Assembly: GCA_051530055.1 (NCBI GenBank)
Contig: CM121343.1
Span: 1,892,389 to 1,956,388 of the forward strand
Direction: 5' to 3'
Length of the DNA stretch: 64,000 nucleotides
Source: Neoechinorhynchus agilis
Lineage: Eukaryota > Animalia > Acanthocephala
In this document: positions 23,036-37,163 of the stretch, piece after piece
Numbering within the stretch: the stretch's first letter is position 1
Layout: every line of letters begins with the position of its first letter
Made by a program: the position numbers and the translations under genes
Notes under the pieces: generated by a model
What the model saw: only the letters and a program-made list of their open reading frames with translations
The model's database searches: none
Told to the model about the DNA's origin: nothing

Positions 23036-26000
23036 ACAATGTAGTTTTTGCACTATTATCGTTTTATTGCGTGCCTCGATAAAATTTATACAATAACACG
23101 CATTCCATCGATAACCATAACGCACTGCTGGCCCATCAGTAACAAAAATAGAAATTGGCTATAGTCTGAGAAATGTCCTCCTGGATAATTACACAATATG
23201 GAGATGGATGGTGTTCCTTCGACGATCTTGATACTTTTGATCCAGGAGTACTGCTTGAGGGGTTGATTGCGCCGGTAAGTAGTACTCAAAAAATCAATTA
23301 ATCTCGCGTTTAATGTTGAGGTAACGGAAAACTCAGTTTGGGGCAGCGGTTCATCAAAAAAGTATAAAGACGTCATTACAATCACCTCTAGACGTCAAAT
23401 GGAGTCAATGTTCAATCTGGGACATCTATTGATGAGTCTTTACTTTGGACGTATGGAAGGCCAAACATTCCGTGACGTGTTATCCATGCAAAGTAGGGCT
23501 GTGGACTTAGGTGAGATATTTAAACAATTTTAATCTAATCTGGTAACCCACAGTACTTGAGAATCCCACAATATTGACGCAGTACAAGGTTTTAAAGAGA
23601 TTATGCGAGTCCATAGTTGAATCTGGCGGTTTGTTAGTAATTTTAAAGATGATAAAGGTATGAACTCTGCCGTAAGAGATCACTACTAAAAGCGAGGTGT
23701 CACCAGAATCCAATATTCCCACGGGTTCGGTTGAGTGCAATATTAGTGCTAAGCGTTATGATATCAAATGTGAAAGTTGCGGATTGGTTTGCTTCGAAAG
23801 GAAAGTGGTTCTTGAATAAAATCGTGATCTGGTTAATCAACACACGAATTTCATTATGAAATGAGGGCTTCTTTTTGTTTGAAGAATGTCGAGTGTACGA
23901 ACAAAAAGAAAATTTCATATACAGGACAAACTCAACTCGCTAAGGTTTATACAATGCTTTAACGCTCATGTCGTAAATCGAACACGAGGTATGATTTTGC
24001 TTTTTTAAAGTGGCTATGGAAAGCGTTTATAGATGTAATTTTTAAAGTAAGACAAAGAACAAACAGAAAGTGAAATTGCCTATAGTTCACAACGAAAATT
24101 TGCCAATTGTAGTCAAATCACGTAAGCAAAAATAGAGCTAGAAACGAAATTTTGCATCCATTTAAGTTATTGCACTGTTGCGATTAAAATTGTGATTTTT
24201 TAGGATGGTAGATTCTTGAGAAAGGGGTTTAAGTTCTGCCGATCAGCTTAGTTTTCCATGCACTTAAGATAGAAAAAAGTCATTGTTTAAGCGCAATGTT
24301 TTAGATTCTATGCTAAGCTTAAATGCTAATTAAAGTCGCTGTTATACAAATGCTTTAAATAATTCGATTCTTACTCAAATTTAAGCACTGAGGTATTCGA
24401 TCGAAAAATGGTGGTTTCAATTGATTGTAAAAAAAAGGCTAATAGATGGCTTAATAAAGATCTTGGTTTATCACTCGAGTAAAAATCACGACTCAAATGC
24501 CTTACGACATTTCATTATATTTGAAATTTTTGTATTCAAATTGATTGGTCAGATTATATGCAATCAAGAATTTTTCAACTCACTCTGCCCTTTAACTATG
24601 TAAGTAATTTATGCTAATGTACTTGCAATAACGGCATTTAGTGAAAATCTGGTACAGTACATTTTGATTATTTTGCAATATCGATCAGCTGGTAATGAAC
24701 TAAAATCAAGAATCAATCATATTAAGTATGCAACTCAAAATAACTTACCGCATTCCTTGCCATTCGCATTGGTTGTTCTTTTATTCATTGTTTGCTACTG
24801 GTAATTTTATATGTATATAAAAGGAATAAACTAAAGTTTATTAATTAGCTGTAATCAACGAAACAGGATATATCGTAGTAATTACGTGTCGAATTTATTT
24901 GGCAATCTTTTTGCGATGCATACAAATAAAATTAATACCAGGTTTATTTGGCTTTTATTATTTGCCACAATTTAAGTTTTGTTTAGCATGGATGTTGCTA
25001 CCATAAAGGGTCTAAAATGCATTGTAGAGCAATGCATATTACGCCAAAACCTCACATTAACGATGCAAAACGTACAGGATAATGAATTCATTGAAGAGCG
25101 TTCATCAAAATGTGAATTAATTAAACGGAAAAAGAAAAGAATTATCGACTCACGAAAAGTGTTTACAGACAAAATACAAAATGGAACTGTGTTTTAACTA
25201 CTTCGTCTAATTGCAAACTATCAAGCTCTTTCATCTTCTTATTTAATGAGAAATAATCACGGCGCAATCTGAATTATATACAAGCATAAAAATAAATTTA
25301 TCGATGTGTTTTGATTGCTCTTTAAGTTCACATTGAATGAAATATTGTTGGAACCTGGATAATAATATTCTAGTGAATCGTTATATTACCCGAGAAAGCT
25401 TCGTCTCCTGAGACTTAAAAGAAATTTGGAACGGCTGCAACTCACAACCGCGAGATAATGTCATAATGTCATTAAATATGAGTTTTTACAAAATTTCGAA
25501 GTCTGTCGCCTTGAATTAAACGGTCTTCGACCATTCGATTTGCCCGTTGCTATTAAAATAATCAATCGAAATAGTCACCTATGAGCTGTAGTGAACCAAA
25601 AAGGTACAAAATGGTTGTTTCAAGTATTGCCTAAAGTCAGGGAAGGTTTTGACAAATTAAATTAGCAAGCTTCAACTATTTACAGAATCCACAAACAGTG
25701 TGGGGGAACTGGTTTGAAACCAAAGAAATTTTAACAGAAATTCGCTCCCATGTTCCTTTTAATTTTATGAGGTTGCTTTTTCCTCGTTCACAAATAGAAA
25801 TATTCAAGTATTTGATGTCAACAATAGCAAAATTGGAGCAATTCTCGTTTTAAAGTAATTTGGAGCAGCTACGGCATATTTCTTTAAAATGTTTATCTTT
25901 TATTTCAGAAAAGCCCCATTACGGAAAACGATTTCAGCCGAGAATTATGGCGAGATTCTCATATGCCAGTATAGATTGAAATACACCAAACGATAATCAA

Positions 26001-26212
26001 TCAAACTTTAATGTATCCAATTCTTACCAGGAAACTGCCATCACAGATTGAATAGCTTATTGAAATCGGCGAAATAAATTATACATTTTGTACAATTCTG
26101 CGATCTTCAACTCGGTGTATAGCAAAAGTCGGAAAGTGCTATAAACAAAATTATTCAACAGGTTTAGGGAGTAGTTCAAAAAGCTGTACGAAATCGGTAA
26201 GCGAAAGATGTT

Positions 26213-27204
26213 TTATTTAATGTTCCATAGTTTCAAGCAATCTCTTTGTTTTAATTTTTGATCTTCTGATTTATCTCGATTTTCTAAGGTAATTTTGATT
26301 GACTGATCGAATTTAGTCACAGATTCATCTTCATCGTTGCCGCATATTTCCGACTTGATTTTGAAGTCTATATCATCAATAACAAACTCATTTAGCTTTA
26401 AGTTCGGTTCAAGTTCAAAACTCTTTGGTGGGGAAAGAGGACCAGTCAATGGAATAGTACAGTTTAGAAGCAGAAATTCTTAGGCGTTCAAATGAATGAT
26501 TAAAACATTTTCGTTAATCGCACCTGATCTTCTTGGTTGGAATTTATCCACAATCAAAGTTTTAAGACGAATAAACTATATAGCTCAAGACCTAAATTTC
26601 GTTATTCATAAAATGCTTCATGTTTATAGAAACGTTCTAAGAATATATGCATTAATATGCGATCTTGTATGGATGGTAAAATATGAGTGTTGGATGCAAC
26701 CTCCTTGCGACTAACGCAAACGAATCTGACCTCCTCGTCGCCCACGGGCTCGGTTGCATTGTCCATAACCTTAGGAGTCGATGGTTCGTCCTTCGGAATA
26801 AGCGCATCTTGTAGGGACGGCAAAGAATGGTTCAACGAACAGTTTCCCGATGACTCGGTGCAATGCAAACAGAGGTCATTTGTGTCCATGGAAAATGGAT
26901 CAATTGTATCGCTAAAGTTATTCATTTTACCATCATCATCAACAACAACGTGAGTAGTAGCGTTTTGTATATGATCGAGCATAATCTCTTTCACTTTTAT
27001 CAATCGCTCCCGTGCTTCAGAGATAAGTGAATTAATCTCTGGGCTCCTTGAGAGTTCTTCAATTGTACGATCAAAGTCGAGGCAGCGACTAATCCTTTCA
27101 TACAAGTTTATCTCTTGGTCGGCCATTAAATCTGTGAACAAAAACTTTACAACGGTTTTGGCATCTCCTGTATGAACGATACGTCCTAGATTATTTTTGA
27201 ACAT
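26213..27204 (-). CDS. Uncharacterised multi-exon host gene (partial)
   Basis: 200-aa and 78-aa open frames with globular composition; an approximately 45-nt GT-AG intron near 26480-26525 joins frames; family not recognised; ends uncertain. Confidence 0.45.
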
Positions 27205-28099
27205 CTGAAGTCATTGAAAAATCGGACTAATAGGTAAATCGAACAGTATAAATGTTAAAATCAGGGAAGCGTGGTTTCCTAGCGCTGGTTCCATTGAGCA
27301 TTAGTTGAAATTTAGGTTGCGATGAAATCAACGTGCATCACTGAATCCCTAAAATTTTGAAGTCTTTTAATCCATGTGCGTGGTGGGAGACGAACAATTA
27401 TACCGACGGTACTATCATGGCGGTGAATAAACATTCCTAAGATGAAATCCCGTGACTTAACTCGCTGATCCTTCTTTAGACAATTACATTCACGATAAGT
27501 AAAATAGTGAGTCAAGTGCTGTCTTCAGCATATCCATTGCCTATTTCCCTCAAAGTTAAGATCCACGGGTTGCAGAGTTTTGTTTTGAATGTTTTCAAGG
27601 ACAATATTGAGCGAATTATCGATAGAAAATATTCCGGGATAATCGATTCAAAATTGCGGAGAACATACTTCCGAATAAAAACATATTATATCTATTTGAA
27701 ATATTTCATAAAGTAGCCTTATCAATCATTGTAGATTAATCTAATCGACAGGCGAGGTTACCTAGTGAAATTCCGCAATTCTGATTGAAGGAATTCAACA
27801 TTAACGTACTGCGGCCGCAGCGTCGGTGGAAATCAACTCGGTTTTTTTGTTTTCTAGTTTTTAAACCACAAATACACTCATGTGTATGTGCCAGCGGCCG
27901 TTAAATATTCAACGTCAGCTGACACACTCACCACTACACTTCTCGTCGTTTCAAAAAGCCATCATAATGGGCGGTTAGGCTTTCTCGTAGACAAAACTGG
28001 TTTCGTATCCTAGTCAGCCGAATCTTGAACAATTTGTGGATTTACCCCTAATGTTTAAGGTCTTCAGTCTATGGGGTTTACTCCCCTTTATGTCTTCGT

Positions 28100-30830
28100 T
28101 CTCCCTTTTGATTTCCATTTTGTCCTTCACGATGTCTAATAAAATCAGCACCCTTTCATCTTTGAGCTGATAGGATACAGGTCCTTTAACTTCAGTTATG
28201 CACCCGCTTTTCCGTTTGTTGTTTCGATCATATTTAAATCAAATCGGTTCTTACTGCTGAACGTGATCATCCTATTTCTGAAATTGATTTCTCCTCTTTG
28301 GCTATATTTCAATCTTCAGCTTGTGTTCGTATGATCGGTTTTAAATTACCGTAGTCGGCGATCGATCATCAAGTCAGGTTGTGCGAGTATTCCTATACAT
28401 TAATAGAAACTGTTCCACTTTCTATAACTTCATCCCTTCTCCTAAACGTTCCTATGAACCTCTCGGCTAAGACGTTAATTCTAAGTTCATAAAGACCCGT
28501 TTTCGTGTGCATTATTTGGAACTGCTTGCAAAACCGTGAAAATTCGTTTGTCACAGACTGCGGTCCATTATCAAACATTAATGGATACGGCATTCCACTT
28601 GAATGGTCGTTGAGTTGCGACTTAATAGCTGCTAACATCAACCACAATCAGAGAGGTTGTCCCTGCCAATTCCTAATGAAATCTCTCCCACAGTTCATTT
28701 GACATAATTCAAAGGTCGTGCTGGCTTGTCTGATCTCTTCCTGTATCCTATACCATAATACACAATATCGACTCAATGAAATGACCGTTTTCAAGTGCAT
28801 AATGATCCACTTTACTACACTGAATTCGTCTTTGTGCTTCCAAAATGCGTCCAGCAATGTCGTATATATAGTTTAGAATCATCTATAGTGGCGGATGACT
28901 CATCGTTGTTTCCGCAATGATTTTTCATCCATTATCATTCCGATCTGAATCTCCTCTTCCCATCTATAACTTCAGATCGAACTAAATGATTATTAGTAAT
29001 CTTTGACAGTTCTTGTTTTTCGTATATATTTATTTGAAATCTCATTACATCGAAAATCAACGCTTCCTTATCAAGAACTGAGTAATTCCTCTCGGGTTTC
29101 CGCAATACTCTCGAAGCGAATATAACTGAATTTTTCATACTATTTTCCAATTAGAGCGTCACAATTGATAAATCTCTTCTTTTCCAAATCGTATAGCACG
29201 AGATTTGTTGCACTTTTCAATACCTCATTAATTCGACTGAATGCTCCCGCATGTTGATGTCTCGACTCAAAAACGTGTTCTTTGCTTCGTGAGCTCATAG
29301 AGCGGCGTACAGATTAGATAAAACTCTGGCACATATCCCTCTTATAAATTTACTAATCCAAAGAAACTTTTTAATTACTTGAGATTGCGAGGTCTTGGTG
29401 TCTCCAATAAATCTTTTCATTGGGTAAAGGTAAATGAATCGTTGAAATAGTTCTGGTGCGCATTTGATGCCGGGCATAGATAGTGTCAACAAATTGATGG
29501 AACGCATCTTGCAAATCCAATTTAGAATATTCCTTTCCTAGCGCGATTTTGTGCACCTTAGGTATTTAATAATTGTTGACTACTACGATTGGTGTTGCCC
29601 ATTGTACTTGATCTTTGTAATCAAGGACCTCGATAGTATCTTTCGCTATTAATCTTTCCAACCCTTTCTTAAAGAGTGCTTGAATAGCTAACGGTTTCAG
29701 TCTTAACTTGCTGGAATAATTTTTAATTACTGTATATGGCTCGTCGAAAATCCTCAAATACTATCTTTTGATGTCCTATTCATTTCAGCTTTTAAGAAAC
29801 ATACTAGCTTCTAGTAATTCGGTCCAAACCGATACCAAGTGTTAAAAAGCACTAACACTCCCATTGATCATTTACCATGTTGCTGCCGAATCCTATAAGC
29901 TCTTTTTCCGTGAACAAGTGTCGGCCGTTGAATATTTTTTGCAAAATCAAACGGGTAATTACACTCATCTTCTCTGCATTTGCAGTTTACATTATTGATC
30001 TTGACCATGATATCCATTCGTCTGTTCCTGCTCTTATTCATCGCGTTTTGAAACCTCGATATTTCCGTTAAAAATGTCCCGTTCATTGACACTTATAGTA
30101 TTGTGTTCGGCGTGGAAACCAGCATTTCGCACATTTTCTGCTGTTCAACCTTCAATCTTTCGTCCATACTTCGCGATTTTCATTTGCCGCTCTTCTATTG
30201 CATTTCTTCAATCTATTATATTAACTTTACATTTGATAACCTCCTTTCTCCCACTGATTACATAATGTACTTTCTCACTTGGTTCCATACCTACATGGCA
30301 GATCTTCTTAAGGCTTCGTTTAGTGTATTGAAAATCACCAGGTCCTTAATGTGGCCATCCACCGCTTTCCTCTCATCAGTGATTTCTCTTGTCTTTGAGT
30401 TGAAGATGTATCTTGCCAGTATTTCTGCTACTTTTGCTTGAAAATATTCATCCACTAACCGAACAATGTCGCTGTATTTGAACATCGATAGCTTTTTTTG
30501 CCGCTGTCAATTTCTTGATCACTTTGTATTTGTCGTCGGCACAAATCCATCCGATTAAACTCGCCTTTTTGCATGAATTTTCGTGCACTCCATTCGCTTC
30601 CATGTATTGATCCTTCTGTTTGCCTAGATGAGTTATCTTGATCACTTCCATCATTGCTGGATTCTGCTATTCCATCTATTCCCTCATTAAGTTTGCTCGA
30701 TCCTTTATGATTTGTAGCAATTGCAAACCCTCGTCGCCAAATTTGGTCGGAGCGTCCGTGGACATTAACTCTGCTTTTATGGTACTCGATGAAACATCTA
30801 CACACTCATGTGCATGGTAAGCGGTCGTCC
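28100..30830 (-). mobile_element. Decayed Ty3/gypsy LTR retrotransposon internal region
   Basis: Order gag, RT (WATPIVVV, KLDLQDAFHQ), RNase H (FASRVLRKPERNYSVLDKEAL), integrase (DNGPQ...AERFI, GPVSY); no LTRs found. Confidence 0.85.
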
Positions 30831-30879
30831 AATATTCAACAAAAATGTCACGCGTGCCATATTTACATATAAAAATATT

Positions 30880-31048
30880 TCAATGTGTGGCCTTTTATCA
30901 CACGGCTGATAATTTTTGGGCACACAGCCTACCGATCTGGTTCAAAGTAGTAATTCAATTACTTAATGCACTGAACCATACTCTGAACCAGGTCTGTGGG
31001 CTGTGTGCCCAAAAATTATCAGCCGTGTGATGAAAGGCCATACATTGA
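30880..31048. repeat. Long hairpin: 65-bp arms, 39-nt loop
   Basis: 30880-30944 versus 30984-31048, 5 mismatches; arm sequence resembles the SINE tail at 14477-14545. Confidence 0.9.
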
Positions 31049-31199
31049 TATAAGTTACCGGCTAGCCAATCTTCATAAACAAAAATATTTGTCTGAATAT
31101 GCTTTTTAAATTATGATAAATATAGTGCTGTGATATCCAAGAATAGTTAATCTCCATCCCTTGCTGAAAAGCTTCCTTATCCTCCTGAAGATCCAAACG

Positions 31200-32850
31200 G
31201 ACTTCTTATGGAGTTTAACACAGTGGACGGATTCTTCGACCCCTTTCTCAAAAGATCAATCAGCTCGTTTGTGAAATGCTCTGCCTCAAAGGATAATTTT
31301 CTCATAAGAAATGCTAAGAAAAACATGGGAGAATATACGCATTCGGGATTAAGTAGGAAATTTTTCCAAGATTACTTAACTCTAATAGAAAATCATCGAC
31401 TTACTCTAACACGTTTCACACAATGGTGGTGTTTATGGTCCATGAGGGATGGAATAATTTAAATGCACAAAGAGAGTGACATTAAATTTGACTTCTCTTG
31501 GAGATAACCTTCCTCATGTTGAATCCTCTTTTGGACTTATCTCCAGAGGACTTCAATTCCACCGACAGAAATATAAAAATAAGGCCAATCAAATGCCTTT
31601 ATCAGATAAAGTCTTCGTCCCCATAATCAATCCTGTGCTAGAGTACGATCGATGTGGCTGAAATTATCTGTCGAAGCTCCAGCAGCATTTTCTCCCATTG
31701 GGCAATCTTTTCAAATTTCAGCGAATCGATTCATGATTTCAATATGACCTTATGTCAGAATTGCACTCATTGGAGGCATTATGCATCGTCTTGTTTAATC
31801 ACCCGGATGCTTGATGTATGGAGACTCACACCAAAGCCTCCTGTCCGAATTCAGATAAAAATGCTGCAATTGCGGCCTTCCCCATGAACACGAAAAAAGG
31901 TTTTCAGTATATTCTAATGCGTTTCCGCCCTCTATGGCGAATTCGAACGGGATGGAGACCCCTTTGTTTCCCCTCCTGTCGCAATGTTCATAGACTGAAA
32001 CCCAAAAAACTCTTCTTCCTTCAGAGATTCCTCGAACACTGACCAACAGTGGAATTGTGAATCCAGACGGCGATGGTCCCGGTTAGCCCCTCTTTCCGAC
32101 AAAGCTCCACCGTGGTCTACTAAACGTTAACTTTCCCATCACTCTGAATAAGCGGAGAACAACTTCAGGCAAAATACAATGACAAACACGAACAATCAGC
32201 ATTTTAAATTTATTTTCGTAACATATACAGATCAAGGGTCTTTTTCCTACCGAATCATATTTTAAACAAAATTAATGATGAATATCCTGACATTTTATAT
32301 TCCCAAGAAACAGGTCCAAGATCGCTTGTTCAAAGTAATCTGTATGAATCATTCTCTCCCCTACGAGCAGTATTCAACGTGGTTTGTCGGGTGGTACAAT
32401 ATTTGAGAATTCAAAATCACTTTCATAAAATAAGTCCAATGTCCGATCAGCTACTTTGTATTACAAATATTTATATTAACCCCAAGAAATCTTCCCCTTT
32501 TATCGAATCACATATTAACAAGCTTCTATTCTGGATAATGATTTTATGGTAGGAAATTTTAAAAATAATTATTTATCGGCGTTTCAAAATACTTTAAAAA
32601 TCCACTCAGTACTGTTACCGAATTTTCCTTCTTTTCATAATTTAACGTGTAATTCTAACTCTTTCCTAGAAGCATATTCTATCAAGAAAACTCTGAACAT
32701 TAAGTTTTAGCCAACAATCTAACTTCCATCTCAGCAACTAATGGGGCATGATCTTATCTGCTTTTAATGGGTTAAATATAAGGGATCGAGTTATTGTCAA
32801 TGACATGTTTCCTTTAAAATTTGTTCGATTGCCCTTATTTGAGCACTTTA
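31200..32850 (+). mobile_element. Decayed LINE ORF1 and endonuclease remnant
   Basis: Zinc-knuckle remnants CQNCTHWRHYASSC and KCCNCGLPH, then an APE-like VGNF region. Confidence 0.5.
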
Positions 32851-32879
32851 CGTGATTAAGAACAATATTTTTCATTTTG

Positions 32880-34560
32880 GACCGCTATTTCAGAGTTTTA
32901 TCCCTACTTCAGAGTCCTGAAAAGCACAAGCGATCTACAAAGGTACGGTTAGAAAGAGGTCAGTGGGGAAGTCAAACCATCTTTTTGGTTAAGCACCATA
33001 ACGCAACTCACGTTGGCCATTTCCTCCCTACGACCATAAGTCCCAATTTTTCACCTCGTTCTGGATAAACAAAGCTTCTGCGAGCTAAAGTTCCAATGGG
33101 CCTCTCGCTTGGCACTACACGGCCGTCGAAAGCTTTGTTCCTTGACCTCAGGGATGGAACAGTGAGTGGTGATTGACCTATAGAGGCCGCGTTTGGGTTC
33201 AATGCGTTTCTTAAGTGTTCACAAATACTTACGTGGGGGAGCCTCTCCATCTTTCTAATGTAGATACCCGGATGTCTCATAGACGACATTCTTGCCGGAT
33301 TCATGCGACCTTGGACATTGCCACCCGTGTGCTTGCACCTGAGGCACAATATCGGACACTGGCGCTTCCTCGTGGTGGGCTGTTTATGCTAGGATTCGGC
33401 GTAATGTTAGAGCACGCCTTTGGACCACTCGAACCTCTAGATTTGTCTATTTTAGGAGCCTTTTGATGTCATTTGTGAATTTTTCGCTAATAAATGGGAT
33501 CCAGAGGCTCGGCTAGGAATTGCTATTCTTTTTCTTCTTCCTCGAACGTCCGAAAATCAATACCACTCGGCGCTAAAGCCTCTTAATTTCCCGATCCCCA
33601 TAACCGTTTTGAGCAGCAGCGGTCCTTGTAGCCTCCGACAAAGATGAGCAAATCTTTGCAGTCTTATGCATCGCAGTATAGATCTGCTGGGAATCTCGAT
33701 GCAATGATTATGGCCTTCTTGCAAGGTATCGTCGGCCTTAAATCGCAAGCTGAGGAAGGTAAATAATCTGCTGGGTTGTCCATAGTCACTCATAACCGTC
33801 TGGTTGTGTCCATTGTATTAAGCCTCTGCCCCAATTCATCCATTTCAGAAGTCTCCCTCTAGGACAGTTGCACGTCGCCCACAAATCTCAAGTAAATCCG
33901 TTTTTCGGCAATGTAGGGAAAATGTGCTGTCTCTCCAGATCGCTCAGGAATAAAATGGCCAAAACTGGAGCAAAGCTGCCGTTTCCCATAACCAATCCTC
34001 GGACTTGCCGGTAGAGCCTATTCCCATATCTGAAGAGATTGCAGTTGAGGATTAAGCGTATGAGTCATATAACATCCACTATCTTAAAACCATGAAGGTT
34101 GAGATGTCCTTTCGTCTCCAGCAATCTTTTCTTCATAGCTCTTGAAGCTTGATCATTGTGGACGCTTGTGTATAAGGCGTCACAATCAAAAGACATTAGT
34201 TGGCATTTAGATCCTCTCACCGGGAATGCAAGGATTCCATCAGTCCCTATGCATTTTGTACATATGATCTTGTCGTTCGGAGGAGTGAACTAATGTCATA
34301 GATTACAGCTTTGAGACTCGATATCCCTGCACTTTAGCAATGATCCAGTTGTCCCTGTGATGGAAACCTCTGGCATATTATGCGTTTTGATCATTGGGTG
34401 CATCATTGAAGAAAGTGCAACGGTCCTCGGATGTAGGCGTTGAACCCTATAAATTGAAGCCTCCTAGTAATGTCGACATCATTTCCTCCTCTACACTTCG
34501 CCTGATTGAAACCAATTCATCACCTTTGTACCCTTAATGACCCATTTTGGATCGCTTCTT
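32880..34560 (-). mobile_element. Decayed PLE related to the 37-39 kb family
   Basis: MSFDCDALYTSV, LILNCNLFRYGNRLYRQVRGLVMGN, C-terminal VLNQKDGL, and an HHR-like remnant at about 32882-32925. Confidence 0.8.
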
Positions 34561-34584
34561 TGATCGATTTCAAGACTTTGAAAT

Positions 34585-36085
34585 CATAACATAATAAAGT
34601 ACAAAACGTGCGATCACCACCGTCCGCAAAATCGAAGCTTCCCTCCTTCCTCGGCTGTCGCTATCACGCTAGCAGCATTGCATCGTTGTACTGCAAGCGA
34701 GATATTCTGTCGTAGGAATACACCTGCTCGTGCGTCGCCGGTCGTTTCTCTCAATTTCTTCGAGAGATCCAGGAGCAGAGTGAGTGCAGAGCTGCTAAGG
34801 GCTCCATACATATCTACTCCGAAGGGGACAAAATAGTGGGTCCTTGCTAATTCTCTATATTTTAGTACCTTCCTCGGTTCCGCTGCACTGGCTGCACCTC
34901 CAGAGGTTTCGAGAGAGTAGGGAATGTTGCCCACTGCGAGGGTGTCCACACGCGTGGCGTCCCAGTAAAGGCATATGCCTTCCCGCCACGGAAAGACCGA
35001 AATTCCGTCAGGTCGACGACCGTCTAGTCGACAAAGATGGGCGGGTTCCAAGATGTTGGGGAAGTTCGCCGTTCTCTCTCAGAATGGCGTGAGAACCTTC
35101 CTCCTGACTTTCGGCAAACGAGACCATGTCGCCCGAAAGCAACAACCAAAGACCCACATCGACAGCGATGGGGCGTGCATATCGGGAGACCAAGTCTTAA
35201 GGATACTGCGATCCTCGTTACCTCATCAGTAAGAAGAGTTCCCACTGATGTCAGAGGAACAGCCTCCAACCACACCCCCGATTCCCGTGTCCAAACTGCC
35301 AACAATCTAGCTCGGACGACCATATCGCGAGAACCTGAAAGTGGAGAACTGTGAGCTCTCTCGACGAGAAGTCTGTCCCAGATCGACTGTCTGAGGCCAT
35401 TCACGGGAACATGGTTAGCGCCTGTCTGCTGGCACCATTCTTCAACTGCAAACTTTTCCCTCCGAATTTTCTTCGCTATCGGTTGACTCCCCTCATACGA
35501 TCCAAGAAAGGCTGGCAAGGTCTACTAGCGCCTGAATGCCCAATCCCCCAGATGACACAGGCAATGAAGCTTGTCGCCACGCATTATCTGAGAGCTGGTG
35601 GACATTTAAAATAAGCTTGAGACAAGCTCTCACCTTGTCGTCGAGCTTAGCCAATCCTTCCTTATGTTTGAAGAATGATAACAATTTTGGGATAGAGAGT
35701 GCGTTCTTTATCGGAAATAACGCTTCGTGAGCCGAGAGAGCGCTCACCCTATCGCACAGCAACGAAAGTTTCGGTATAATACGACCGATCTCAGCTTCCA
35801 CATTTGAATCAAAGACGCAACTACCAAGGAGGCTGAGTTGCTCTGGAGTCACGAGTTTCAGACCTGGAGCTACTGCCTCGAACCCATCCATTAGCCCCTT
35901 GACTTTGGTGGCGTCTTCGATATTTAATACTAGGAGCTCACACTTTCCAGCATTAAGCTCAACGGCCAATATCACAGTCTCCCTAATCAGCGTCTCCAAA
36001 TCGCTCAGTACAACTGAGGGATCACCTCCGAGCGTGACGTCATCCAAGTACCAAGCGTTGAAGCTGGAATATTCTGTTTAAGCCA
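34585..36085 (-). mobile_element. 5'-truncated CRE-like non-LTR retrotransposon (RT, CCHC, RLE)
   Basis: WYLDDVTLGG, WRQASLPVSSGGLGI, CRCG...RH, DGRRPDG, FLRQNISLAVQRCNAASV; frameshifted. Confidence 0.88.
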
Positions 36086-36479
36086 AACGCGGTCGTAAAA
36101 GGTGAACTGCTCAATCGTTTTACTCTTCTGTATAGCGCCAAGATTGTAATTTAAATTTTTACCGTTAATACTCCGTAGATAATTGCGTTTTATGTGTTTC
36201 CTTGAACTGAATGGGCTATTCTTGAGTAATCTACTTATGTAACCAACTTTTCGAATACTTGACCGGTAAATACGATTTTCGGCTATAATCATTGCTTTTA
36301 TCAGCTTGCCTTCGCCATCGCTTTATTGTACTTTTAATGAACAAATCATGTAATCGAGCGTAATGGGCGAATCGTCATAGCCGTGAATTGTTTTAGCGAC
36401 TCAAAACGTGAGTAAAAATCTTTAATTGTCGAATCGTCAAGCGTGCATTAAAGGGATAGTTCGCTCCATTTTCCAGGCA

Positions 36480-36900
36480 ACTAAAGCATACCACGTATGC
36501 AATCCTGATTTTCCCCGCCTTCAATCCTCTCTTCCTCATCACATTCTCAACTCGTACAAACTCTCAAACTCCGACCTCCTTGCTACACTAAACTCTATCA
36601 ATGCGCAACTTTTCGAACACAAACAAACCATCATCGCCTTCCAGATCTACATAAGTGTTCTCAGCTCCTACAGCTTCACCTCCCATGATTTCCAAGTATG
36701 ATATCCTCATGCTTCTTCGGAAACTACCACGCAAATCATTTCCTAACTCTACCATTCCCAATTGGGCTCTACGCTTTATCATCCCAAATTTAATTGATCC
36801 ACTTGCACCATATAATCAACCAAAGTCTGTAAAGCACTTAATGCGAGGTCGGCAAATATTTTCAGTACGTTTGCCTAATTTTTCCAGCTTAACCATACTT
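36480..36900 (+). mobile_element. LINE remnant, same family as 48540-49960
   Basis: IPNWALRFIIPNLIDPL matches IPNWVLRCIIPELIDPL. Confidence 0.65.
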
Positions 36901-36949
36901 TTGTGATTTTATCTCGAAGTGAGCATCGCAAAATTATCAGATTTTTTAG

Positions 36950-37147
36950 CCAGAACCACCGACGACACCGATGCCACCACCACCGACGACACCGATTCCG
37001 TCCCCTCGCTTCGTTTGGAACCTAGATGCTAGGCGACAATATGAAGACGAAAACCTGTCCGCCCAAAACGAGCCAAGTGAATATAAAAACGTCAGTGTGG
37101 CAATTTCAACTTCGCCAGTCATGGATAAAACACGAACGAGCTTCTGA
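36950..37147 (+). CDS. Possible terminal exon, Pro-rich, unknown gene
   Basis: TTTTAG acceptor, 65 open codons PEPPTTPMPPPP...TSF*; no upstream exon identified. Confidence 0.3.
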   Translation, partial: PEPPTTPMPPPPTTPIPSPRFVWNLDARRQYEDENLSAQNEPSEYKNVSVAISTSPVMDKTRTSF

Positions 37148-37163
37148 GAAGGATTCTGTGTGA

